Assembly: GCF_000025685.1 (NCBI RefSeq)
Contig: NC_013966.1
Coordinates: 300,001 to 332,000, forward strand
Length of the DNA: 32,000 nt
Direction: 5' to 3'
DNA from: Haloferax volcanii DS2
GTDB lineage: Archaea; Halobacteriota; Halobacteria; Halobacteriales; Haloferacaceae
Shown: in pieces, positions 9,145 through 17,220 of the stretch
Layout: every line of letters begins with the position of its first letter
Numbering within the stretch: the stretch's first letter is position 1
Notes under the pieces: model-generated
Told to the model about the DNA's origin: nothing
The model's input: the letters and a program-made list of their open reading frames with translations, nothing else
Databases searched by the model: none
Position numbers and translations under genes: made by a program

Positions 9145-9996
9145 ATGTCGACACAAACCGAACGTTCCGAGGAGACTGTAGCGTCGGGTCAGTCCCCGAT
9201 CACGGGGGTCATCGAGGCCGTCAGCGTCAAGCGAGTACTTCTGGCGTACTTCCTGCTTGCCGCGGCGTACATCTATTTGCCCATCTTTTCGGTCATTGCG
9301 TTTTCGTTCAATTCGGGTGGGCTGACGTTTCCATTCGTCGAGTTCACCTTCGAGTGGTACGGAGAGTTGCTTGCCAACGAGGGACTCATCGAGGCCGTCC
9401 GGCGGTCGGTCACGCTGGCGCTCGTCGTGACCGTCATCACGACGGTGCTTGCGACGGCGACGGCGCTGGCGTACCGCTACGACTTCTGGGGACAGCGCGG
9501 CCTGCTGTTTCTCCTCATCCTGGGCATCATCACGCCCGGCATCACGTACGGCGTCGGCGCGACGCTGCTTCTCAACGAGGTGCTCGGGCTGACGAAGAAC
9601 CTGTGGCTCGCGGTTCCTGTCCACGTCGTCTGGGCGCTTCCCTTCGCGGTCATCGTCCTCCTCGCGGGGTTCCCGCCGGCGCTCAAGGAAAACGAGGAGG
9701 CCGCACGCGTGCTGGGCGCGGGGCCACTCTCGCGGTTCCGAAACGTGATACTCCCGCAGATAGCGCCGACACTCCTCGGTGCGGCCGTATTCGCATTCAC
9801 GCTGTCGTACAACGAGGCGACGCGGAGTCTCCTGCTCGTGGGGAATCAGAACACGATGCCGCTCGAGGTATTCGCCATCGCCGCCGGCACGCGCGTCCAG
9901 CCCTACCTGTTCGCGCTCGGGAGCCTCACCACCGTCTTCTCGACGCTCCTCTTAGCCGCCGCGGGACTGCTCATCGTGTACAACCGCCGGTCCTGA
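9145..9996 (+). CDS. ABC transporter permease (PotC-like)
   Basis: 283 aa with about 6 hydrophobic helices. The N-terminal 'YIYLPIFSVIAFSFN' and the EAA-like loop 'ENEEAARVLGAGPLSRFRNVILPQIAPTLLG' are typical of binding-protein-dependent transport inner-membrane components. Confidence 0.88.
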   Translation: MSTQTERSEETVASGQSPITGVIEAVSVKRVLLAYFLLAAAYIYLPIFSVIAFSFNSGGLTFPFVEFTFEWYGELLANEGLIEAVRRSVTLALVVTVITTVLATATALAYRYDFWGQRGLLFLLILGIITPGITYGVGATLLLNEVLGLTKNLWLAVPVHVVWALPFAVIVLLAGFPPALKENEEAARVLGAGPLSRFRNVILPQIAPTLLGAAVFAFTLSYNEATRSLLLVGNQNTMPLEVFAIAAGTRVQPYLFALGSLTTVFSTLLLAAAGLLIVYNRRS

Positions 9997-10065
9997 GGGT
10001 CGGTGACTCGGACCGGGTCGGCGGTCTGCGATATTCTTGGACCGTTCAGAGACGTCGCGTGACGG

Positions 10066-10830
10066 TCAGTGGCTGGTCCACCCGCCATCGACTGAGAGCA
10101 CCGCTCCGGTGACGAAGTCGCTCTCGTCGGAGGCGAGAAACAGCGCGGCGTCGGCCACGTCTTCGGGCGACCCGAACGTCGGCCACGGCGTCGCGGCCTC
10201 CCATTCGGCGATTATCTCGGGGGCGTTCTCGCGCCACTCGACGTTCTGCGCCGTCTCGATGATACCGGGAGCCAAGGCGTTGATGTTCACCTCGTCGGGC
10301 GCGTAGTCCAGCGCCATCTGGCGGGTGAGGTTGGCGACGGCCCCTTTCGAAGCGCAGTAGGCGGCGCTCCGGCCGCCGCCGACCAGTCCGAAGATGGACG
10401 CGAGGTTGACGACCTTGCCGGCGCTCTCGCGGAGGTGCGGCAGGGCGTACTTCGAACAGAGGAACGTCCCGCGGGCGTTCACGTCTACGATGGCGTCCCA
10501 GTCCTCGACGGGCGTCGCTTCGGCCTCATACTGGTAGTAGATGCCCGCGTTGTTCACCAGCACGTCTAACTGACCGTAGGAGTCGACCGCGTGTTCGACG
10601 GCCGCCTCCGCCGCCGCCGGGTCGGACACGTCGCACTCGACGAAGGAGTACTCCGCGCCGGTGTCGTCTAATTTCTCGAACACTGACCGCTCGTCGTCCA
10701 GTTTCGGCTCCCGGCGCACGTCGGCGACGACCACCGTCGCCCCCTCGCGGCCGAACGCCGCCGCGATTGCGTTGCCGATACCGCTCGATGCACCAGTGAC
10801 TAACGCGACCGAACCGTCTAATCGTGACAC
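10066..10830 (-). CDS. SDR-family oxidoreductase
   Basis: 'TGASSGIGNA', 'NNAG', catalytic 'YCASK'. 254 aa. Opposite strand to the flanking transporter genes. Confidence 0.9.
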   Translation of the reverse strand: MSRLDGSVALVTGASSGIGNAIAAAFGREGATVVVADVRREPKLDDERSVFEKLDDTGAEYSFVECDVSDPAAAEAAVEHAVDSYGQLDVLVNNAGIYYQYEAEATPVEDWDAIVDVNARGTFLCSKYALPHLRESAGKVVNLASIFGLVGGGRSAAYCASKGAVANLTRQMALDYAPDEVNINALAPGIIETAQNVEWRENAPEIIAEWEAATPWPTFGSPEDVADAALFLASDESDFVTGAVLSVDGGWTSH

Positions 10831-10985
10831 GTGGTGTCAATTCATATCGCGGTACAAGTAGTTAGCGACGGGGGAGCAACCACGGGAGCGAAACGTCCGT
10901 TTCGGTCCGCTCCGTCGGGCGGGCGGGTGAAACCCAATCGGTCACACAAATATCCGAAAAAGACGCAAAAGACTAAGTAGTGTCG

Positions 10986-10992
10986 TTATAGA
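10986..10992 (+). promoter_or_regulatory. TATA-box-like element upstream of the binding-protein gene
   Basis: 'ttataga' centred about 26 nt upstream of the second in-frame ATG (11015). This argues the true start may be MNRRNFVK rather than 11003. Confidence 0.4.
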
Positions 10993-11002
10993 CTCCTATT
11001 CC

Positions 11003-12424
11003 ATGCCTGATAGCATGAATAGGCGAAACTTTGTAAAGTTTGCGAGCGGAGCGGCCGCCGGGGCCGCCCTCGCCGGATGCGCCGGGAACGGCGGCGACGG
11101 CGGATCGGGGACGACGAGCGGCTCCGGTGAAGGTGACACGACGTCGAGCAGTTCCGGCGGCGGAACCACCGACGGGTCTCGGCCGCTGGAGTGGATCGGT
11201 CCCGCGTGGGCGGTTCGCGACGGACAGGCTGACAAGTTCACCGAGATGACCGATATCTCGGTTAACGTCACCACGGCCGACATCCCGACGACCCAACAGC
11301 AGGTGCTCAGCGGCGGGCAGGCGAACATGGACATGGTCTCGTCGGACTCGCCCGGCGCGGGCGCTATCGTCCAGGACAATGACGCGAGTATTCCCGTCCC
11401 GGTCGACGAACTCGACAACTGGAACCCCGACCTGGTGTCGGACCTGTTTACCAACCCCACCGAACGGCTGAGCCACCTGGGAGAACAGACCGAGACGGTG
11501 CTCGACCTGCTGTGGGCCGACGACGAGCAGACCGAGATGCTGCTGCCGCCGCACGTGTACAACTTCGACGCCATCGGCTACAACCCGACGCAGGTGGACG
11601 ACGTGAGCACGTGGTCGGCGCTGTTCGACGACCAGTACTCGGGGCAGGTGGCGATGGGCGCGGTGTCGTCTATTGCGATTCCGGAGACGCTGATGCATCT
11701 CCTGGACAACGACATGATAGACGCCGACATCGGCCAGCTCAACAACCCGACCGAAGAGCAGATGGACCAGGCGGTCGACTTCCTCGTCAGCGAGAAGCAG
11801 GCGGGACAGTTCCGCTCGACGTGGACCGCCTACGGAACCTCAGTGAACCTGATGGCGTCCGAAGAGGCCATCCTCGGCGACCTCTGGCAGCCGGCGGCGA
11901 TGGACGTCCGCCGGAGCGGCACGCCGTGTACCTACGCCACGATGTCCGAGGGCGTGCAGGGCTACCGCTACTGGTACGGTGGCATCGCGCCGTTACGTCC
12001 CGGCGCGCGCGACCGGAACAACCTCAACGAGGTGTACTCGCTCATCAACGATGTCCACTACGGCGCGTGGTTCCCGGGATACATCCAGAACTGGGGATAC
12101 TCGGTCCCGCACTACCCGAACCAGGAACTCGTCCGAACCGGTTCTGACGAGTCCGGCGAGGGGATGGGTCCGGAGTACTACGACTGGGCCTACGAGGGCG
12201 AGAGCACCTACACCCCCCTCTCGGAGACGCAGTTCGAGTCCGAGGCGCTGTTCGACCCCATGGAGTACGAGTGGTCGATGGAGGAAGGCGACTCCGCCAG
12301 CGACGGCATTGCCCGCGACTCCGGCCCAATCGAGGAGCGCATCGACCGCATCGGCTTCTTCCAAATCTGGCCCGACAACTCCGAGTATATGCTCTCGCGG
12401 TGGTCGGACTTTACCAGCGCCTGA
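11003..12424 (+). CDS. ABC transporter substrate-binding lipoprotein (family 1 / PotD-like), Tat-exported
   Basis: Twin-arginine motif 'NRRNFVKF', lipobox 'LAGC', and a Gly/Ser/Thr-rich linker, followed by a ~400-aa acidic solute-binding domain. The alternative start is 11015. Confidence 0.88.
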   Translation: MPDSMNRRNFVKFASGAAAGAALAGCAGNGGDGGSGTTSGSGEGDTTSSSSGGGTTDGSRPLEWIGPAWAVRDGQADKFTEMTDISVNVTTADIPTTQQQVLSGGQANMDMVSSDSPGAGAIVQDNDASIPVPVDELDNWNPDLVSDLFTNPTERLSHLGEQTETVLDLLWADDEQTEMLLPPHVYNFDAIGYNPTQVDDVSTWSALFDDQYSGQVAMGAVSSIAIPETLMHLLDNDMIDADIGQLNNPTEEQMDQAVDFLVSEKQAGQFRSTWTAYGTSVNLMASEEAILGDLWQPAAMDVRRSGTPCTYATMSEGVQGYRYWYGGIAPLRPGARDRNNLNEVYSLINDVHYGAWFPGYIQNWGYSVPHYPNQELVRTGSDESGEGMGPEYYDWAYEGESTYTPLSETQFESEALFDPMEYEWSMEEGDSASDGIARDSGPIEERIDRIGFFQIWPDNSEYMLSRWSDFTSA

Positions 12425-12448
12425 ACCGACGCCCACCGCGGTGCGAAA

Positions 12449-12454
12449 TTTATT
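12449..12454 (+). promoter_or_regulatory. TATA-box-like element upstream of the permease gene
   Basis: 'tttatt' about 30 nt upstream of the ATG at 12482 and only about 15 nt from the GTG at 12467. This favours 12482 as the start. Confidence 0.4.
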
Positions 12455-12481
12455 TGTACCGTCCTCGTGACTTGCCAACAC

Positions 12482-13378
12482 ATGGCATTAGAAACGTCCG
12501 AAGACACGACCACGCCGAGCCTCGGCGAGCGGTTTCGGTTCGGCGAAGTGCAGGCGCTCGTGACACCGACGGTGCTTTGGTTCTCCGCGTTCCTGCTCGC
12601 GCCGCTTGCGATTATCGCCGTGTACAGCTTCCTCACCTACGAGAGCTTCAGTGTCGTCTGGGAGTTCTCGCTGACCGCCTGGGAGTCCGTGTTCGACCAG
12701 ACAGTCTACTCCACGTTCGTCAGGACGCTCGTCGTCGGCGTTGGCGTGACGGCGCTGTGTCTGCTGTTCGGCTACCCCATCGCGTACTACCTGCGGTTTT
12801 ACACGAGCGAGAGCGGCGGCACGCTACTGCTTTTGTTCCTCGTTATCCCCTTCTGGACATCGGCGCTCATCCGCACCATCGGGTGGAACCCAATTCTCGG
12901 ACGGACGGGCGTCATCAACAGACTGCTCCTCTGGGTCGGCGTCGTCGAGGAGCCGCTCAGTTGGCTGTTATTCTCCCCATTCTCGCAGATGGTGGGATAC
13001 GTCGCCGCGTACGTGGTGTTCATGGCCGCGCCCATCTTTGTCTCGCTGTCGCAGATAGACGAAGACCTGCTCGACGCCTCCGAGACGCTCCGCGGCGGGC
13101 CGGTGGCGACGTTCAGACACATCACGCTCCCATTGAGCCTGCCCGGGGTGACCATCGGTGCCATCTTCGTGTTCGTCCTCTCTATCGGCGACTTCATGGT
13201 CCCGCAGTTCCTCTCGGGCGGCGAGTCGACCATCACCACACTCATCTATCTCGCGGTGAACAACGGGCTGAACTACCCCAACGCGGCCGCGCTCTCTATC
13301 GTGCTCCTACTCGTTATCTTCGTCGTCGTCTACGCGATGACGCGCATCGTCGACATCAGCGAGATTACGCAAGGGTGA
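12482..13378 (+). CDS. ABC transporter permease (PotB-like)
   Basis: About 298 aa with 6 hydrophobic helices and the EAA-like loop 'IDEDLLDASETLRGGPVATFRHITLPLSLPG'. The ORF track starts at GTG 12467; I prefer ATG 12482. Confidence 0.88.
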   Translation: MALETSEDTTTPSLGERFRFGEVQALVTPTVLWFSAFLLAPLAIIAVYSFLTYESFSVVWEFSLTAWESVFDQTVYSTFVRTLVVGVGVTALCLLFGYPIAYYLRFYTSESGGTLLLLFLVIPFWTSALIRTIGWNPILGRTGVINRLLLWVGVVEEPLSWLLFSPFSQMVGYVAAYVVFMAAPIFVSLSQIDEDLLDASETLRGGPVATFRHITLPLSLPGVTIGAIFVFVLSIGDFMVPQFLSGGESTITTLIYLAVNNGLNYPNAAALSIVLLLVIFVVVYAMTRIVDISEITQG

Positions 13379-13439
13379 GGATGGCATGGCCGCCGGCGTA
13401 GCGCCCGACTACCGGCTATTTTTGCGACAACGCGCTCAG

Positions 13440-13445
13440 TTATAT
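13440..13445 (+). promoter_or_regulatory. TATA-box-like element upstream of the deacetylase-fold gene
   Basis: 'ttatat' centred about 25 nt upstream of the ATG at 13467. Confidence 0.4.
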
Positions 13446-13466
13446 TCTCTCCGCGAAAGCGTACTA

Positions 13467-14375
13467 ATGCTTAGCATGGGAGACATTGACGTAGCTATCG
13501 GTGTAGACGCCGACTGTGTAGCTGGCTGGCTCGGGTCGTACGGCGGGGCCGACTCGCCGGCGGACCTCTCTCGGGGCCTCTCGGCGGGCAACGAGGGAAT
13601 TCCGAGAATGGTCCAGCTGTTCGAAGACGAGGGTATCGACACGACGTGGTACATTCCCGGCCACACCATCGAGACGTTCCGCGACGAGGTGGAGGCGGTC
13701 GCCGCGGGCGGCCACGAAATCGGAGTCCACGGGTACTCACACGAGAACCCGACGGACCTCTCGCGGGAACAGGAAGATGCCATCATCGAGAAATCTATCG
13801 AGCTCATCGAGGATGTGACGGGCGACCCGCCGGTGGGTCACCGCGCGAGCTGGTGGGAGTTCAGCGAGAACACGCCGGAACTGGTCGAGAAACACGGCTT
13901 CCTGTACGACAGCAGCCTGATGGAACGAGAGTTCGAGCCGGGCTACATGCGGAAAGGCGACAGCTGGACGAAGATTCAGTACGAACAGGACGCCGAGACG
14001 TGGATGTCGCCGTACGAGTACGGCGCTGAGACCGACGTGGTGGAGATACCTATCAGCTGGTATCGTGACGACATTCCGCCGATGCTGTTCATCAAACAGC
14101 CCCTCTACCACTCGGGGTACAAGGACCCGAACATGATGTACGAGCAGTACTACAAAAAGCAGTTCGAGTACCTGTACAACCGCCGCGGGGCGGGCGTCTA
14201 CACGTTCACCATCCACCCCGACCTGCACGGCCTGCCACACATGATTCCGTTCCTCGAAGACTTCATTCAGTACGTGAAGAGCCACGAGAACGCCGAGTTC
14301 AAGACGCTCGAAGCGGTCGCCCGGAAGTACAAAGACGACCCGAGCGTCTACGAGAGCGAAAGCGGCTACGTCTGA
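13467..14375 (+). CDS. polysaccharide deacetylase-fold (NodB/PuuE-like) hydrolase
   Basis: The pattern 'IGVDADCVAGW...TWYIPGHT...GHEIGVHGYSHE...' matches the NodB-homology/PuuE-type fold. The start is placed at internal ATG 13467 (alternative 13476). The upstream part of ORF 13386..14375 overlaps the permease 3' region. Confidence 0.8.
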   Translation: MLSMGDIDVAIGVDADCVAGWLGSYGGADSPADLSRGLSAGNEGIPRMVQLFEDEGIDTTWYIPGHTIETFRDEVEAVAAGGHEIGVHGYSHENPTDLSREQEDAIIEKSIELIEDVTGDPPVGHRASWWEFSENTPELVEKHGFLYDSSLMEREFEPGYMRKGDSWTKIQYEQDAETWMSPYEYGAETDVVEIPISWYRDDIPPMLFIKQPLYHSGYKDPNMMYEQYYKKQFEYLYNRRGAGVYTFTIHPDLHGLPHMIPFLEDFIQYVKSHENAEFKTLEAVARKYKDDPSVYESESGYV

Positions 14376-14481
14376 CCAGACTGTCAGCGACCGACCGTCA
14401 GTGCGACGACCGTCTCCGAACCGACTTTTTCGACGTTTCGACCGCGACGAACCAGCGCCGCGAGCGTCCGCGGCCGGCCGG

Positions 14482-15456
14482 TTACTCGAACGCTGCGCGG
14501 ATAGCCGCCAAGTCGTCGCCGACCGATTCCAACACGAGCATGAGCTTGATGCGCGCCTTGTGTGCCGGGAGGTCCGACCCGTCGATGACGCGGCGGTCAC
14601 GGAGCGTCTCTCCGCCACCGGGTGACCCGTACACCGGCGCGACCGCCCCGCCCTGACACCGCGTCGTGACGACGACGGGGTAGCCGTCTTCGGCCAGCGA
14701 GCCGGCGGCCTCGCCCAGCGCGTTCGTCGCATTCCCCAATCCGGTCCCTTCGAGGACGACGCCGTCGGCCCCCGCCTCGACGACGGACCGGAGCTGTCGG
14801 TCGTCGGCCCCGATGTAGCTCTGGACGACGGCCACGTCTTTCGAAGACTCGATGGCGTCCACCGACGCGGACCGACTCCCGGGTTTGCGGAGGAGGCGCG
14901 TTCCCTCGCGGGTGAACCGAGCGACCGGTGACGCGTCCGGCGAGGCGAACGCATCGAGGTCGCTGGTGTGTATCTTGGTCGCGTCGCGGGCGGCGTGGAG
15001 TTGCTCGTCGAAAGCGACGTAGACGCCGCCGCGCCCCGTGAACGACTCGTCGACGGCCGCGCGGACGGCCGTGAGGAGGTTGCTCGGGCCGTCGGCGCTT
15101 ACCTCGTTCGGGCGGCGCTGCGCGCCGGTGAACACCACCGGCACGTCGAGGTCCAACGCGAGGTCAAGGTAGTACGCGGACTCTTCCATCGTGTCCGTTC
15201 CGTGGGTGACGACGACACCGTCGGCACCGTCCACGGCGGCGTCGCGCGCCGCGTGAGCGGTCGCCGCGACCGTCTCGAAGTCCATGTCGAAGCTCGGACG
15301 GAGCGCCACGTCCCGTACCTCGACTTCGGCGTACTCACCGAGTTCGGGAACGGCGTCAACGAGCGCCGCGCCGCGCTTGCTCGGCGTCGCGCCGCCTTCG
15401 CCGTCGGTGCTTGCGATAGTGCCGCCGGTGCTGAGAACCGTGACCTGTGGAGGCAT
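14482..15456 (-). CDS. L-asparaginase (type I/archaeal family)
   Basis: The catalytic N-terminal 'VLSTGGTIAS' and 'THGTDTMEES' motifs are present. The start is set at ATG 15456 (MPPQVTVLS...). The 56-codon upstream extension in the ORF track is Arg/Cys-rich and unlike this family. Confidence 0.88.
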   Translation of the reverse strand: MPPQVTVLSTGGTIASTDGEGGATPSKRGAALVDAVPELGEYAEVEVRDVALRPSFDMDFETVAATAHAARDAAVDGADGVVVTHGTDTMEESAYYLDLALDLDVPVVFTGAQRRPNEVSADGPSNLLTAVRAAVDESFTGRGGVYVAFDEQLHAARDATKIHTSDLDAFASPDASPVARFTREGTRLLRKPGSRSASVDAIESSKDVAVVQSYIGADDRQLRSVVEAGADGVVLEGTGLGNATNALGEAAGSLAEDGYPVVVTTRCQGGAVAPVYGSPGGGETLRDRRVIDGSDLPAHKARIKLMLVLESVGDDLAAIRAAFE

Positions 15457-15758
15457 ATGAGTGCTGTTGGGGCTCCGCGGATTAGCTCTTTCGTCCACGC
15501 AAACGCGAGCGGCGGCCCGGTGAGACCCCGCGACCACGGCCGGCGACGCTCGACCCGCCGACGACCGCCGACACACCTCAACGGCGAACGTGTCGGTCGA
15601 GGGAACAATGCAGCAGTCTGCCAAACAATATTAAGAATCAATGGAACTATTACGATTATAGCTCTGTAATTTGGAGGGCGGTGACTCCGGTTGCACCGCC
15701 TGGTGACGGACGAAACGAATCTGACGAACGACTCGGTTCAGCGGCGATCGGGTGAACC

Positions 15759-15767
15759 TTTTTACTA
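15759..15767 (+). promoter_or_regulatory. TATA-box-like element upstream of the hydantoinase gene
   Basis: 'tttttacta' centred about 27 nt upstream of the ATG at 15790. Confidence 0.45.
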
Positions 15768-15789
15768 TCGGCCCGGAATTATCGATGGT

Positions 15790-17169
15790 ATGCCAGTCGA
15801 CACACTGATTACTGGTGGTACGGTCGTCACCGCGACGGACACGTTCGACGCCGACGTAGCGATAGACGGCGAGGAAATCGTCGCCGTCGGCGACGCGTCG
15901 TCGATGCCGGACGCGACGGAGACGATTGACGCCGAGGGACTGCTCGTGATGCCCGGCATGATTGACCCGCACGTCCACATCGACGACATGTTCTCGATAG
16001 ACACCCACGAGACGGCGTCGGCGGCGGCGGCCCTCGGGGGCGTCACCTCCTACGTCGACTTCGCCTGGCAGGCGTGGACGGGCGAGTTGTCCATCTTCGA
16101 GGAAGGCGGGACGCTGTTAGAGGGTATCGAGCGCAAGCGCGAGAAGGCCGCGAACGCCCACGTCGACTACGCCTTCCACGGGGCTATCACCCGCGAGGAC
16201 CCGGCGGTGCTGTCGGAGCTCGCAGACGCCGTCGACGCAGGGGTCTCCTCGTTCAAGATGTTCACCACCTACGAACACGGCCTCTCGAACGGGTTCATGC
16301 ACACCGTGATGGAGGAGATAGCCGACATCGACGCCGTCGGCGTCTACCACACCGAGGACGCCTCGCTCATCGACGCGCTCACAGCGCGGTTCAAAGCGGA
16401 GGGTCGCGGCGACCCGACCGATTACCTGCAGTCGCGGCCGGACTACGCCGAGGCGATGGCCGCCGAGGATGCCGTGCGGATGGCCCAAGAGACGGGGGCG
16501 AAGTACTACGGCATCCACACCTCCTGCCGCAAGTCCGCGGAGGTGCTGTCGCAGTTCCGCGACGACGGCTCGGCGGTCCGCGCAGAGACCTGCACCCACT
16601 ACACGACGCTCACCGACGACGTGTTCGAGACGCAGGGTAACCTTCCCATGATAGCGCCGCCAATCCGCAAACAGGATGACGTAGAGGCGATGTTCGAACA
16701 TCTCGCCGACGGCACGCTCGACGTGGTTTCGACGGACCACTGCGGCTACAAACGCGAGTCCAAGGAGGTAGACAACTGGTGGGACTCGACGTTCGGCGCG
16801 AACGCCCTTCAGGTGTCCGTGCCGGTGTTCCACGACGAGGCGGTCAACGAGCGCGACTTCTCGTACCCGTTCCTCGTCCGCGTGATGAGCCGGAACCCCG
16901 CGCGCATCTTCGGGATGTCGGACAAAGGCACTCTGGACCCTGGCACGGACGCGGACGTGATTCTGTTCGACCCCGAGGAGACGTACACGATTACTGCCGA
17001 GGACAACGCCTCGAACGCCGACTTCTCCATCTACGAGGGCCGAGAGGTCACCGGTCGCGTGAAAAAGACGTTCGTCCGCGGCGAACTCATCGCTGACGAC
17101 GGCGAAATCGTCTCCGAGCCGGGCCACGGCGAGTACATCAACCGGGAACTGCCGGACTGGGACGCCTGA
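15790..17169 (+). CDS. dihydropyrimidinase / D-hydantoinase (cyclic amidohydrolase)
   Basis: 'LITGGTVV...' N-terminus, metal-binding 'IDPHVHID', the carboxylated-lysine context 'SSFKMFTTY', and the 'STDHC' region. The start is at ATG 15790; the ORF-track start at 15691 is a TTG. Confidence 0.92.
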   Translation: MPVDTLITGGTVVTATDTFDADVAIDGEEIVAVGDASSMPDATETIDAEGLLVMPGMIDPHVHIDDMFSIDTHETASAAAALGGVTSYVDFAWQAWTGELSIFEEGGTLLEGIERKREKAANAHVDYAFHGAITREDPAVLSELADAVDAGVSSFKMFTTYEHGLSNGFMHTVMEEIADIDAVGVYHTEDASLIDALTARFKAEGRGDPTDYLQSRPDYAEAMAAEDAVRMAQETGAKYYGIHTSCRKSAEVLSQFRDDGSAVRAETCTHYTTLTDDVFETQGNLPMIAPPIRKQDDVEAMFEHLADGTLDVVSTDHCGYKRESKEVDNWWDSTFGANALQVSVPVFHDEAVNERDFSYPFLVRVMSRNPARIFGMSDKGTLDPGTDADVILFDPEETYTITAEDNASNADFSIYEGREVTGRVKKTFVRGELIADDGEIVSEPGHGEYINRELPDWDA

Positions 17170-17220
17170 GACCGCCGGGAGGGACAGGCTTTTCACCGTC
17201 TGGTCTCATTCGACGTGTGA

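Noticed and set aside
14482-15624. N-terminal extensions suggested by the ORF track for the asparaginase (to 15624), the hydantoinase (TTG at 15691), the LLM oxidoreductase (6915) and the deacetylase-fold gene (13386).
   Set aside because: The extensions are Arg/Cys-rich or overlap upstream genes. Family-typical N-termini begin at internal ATGs that also have TATA-like elements at about -27.
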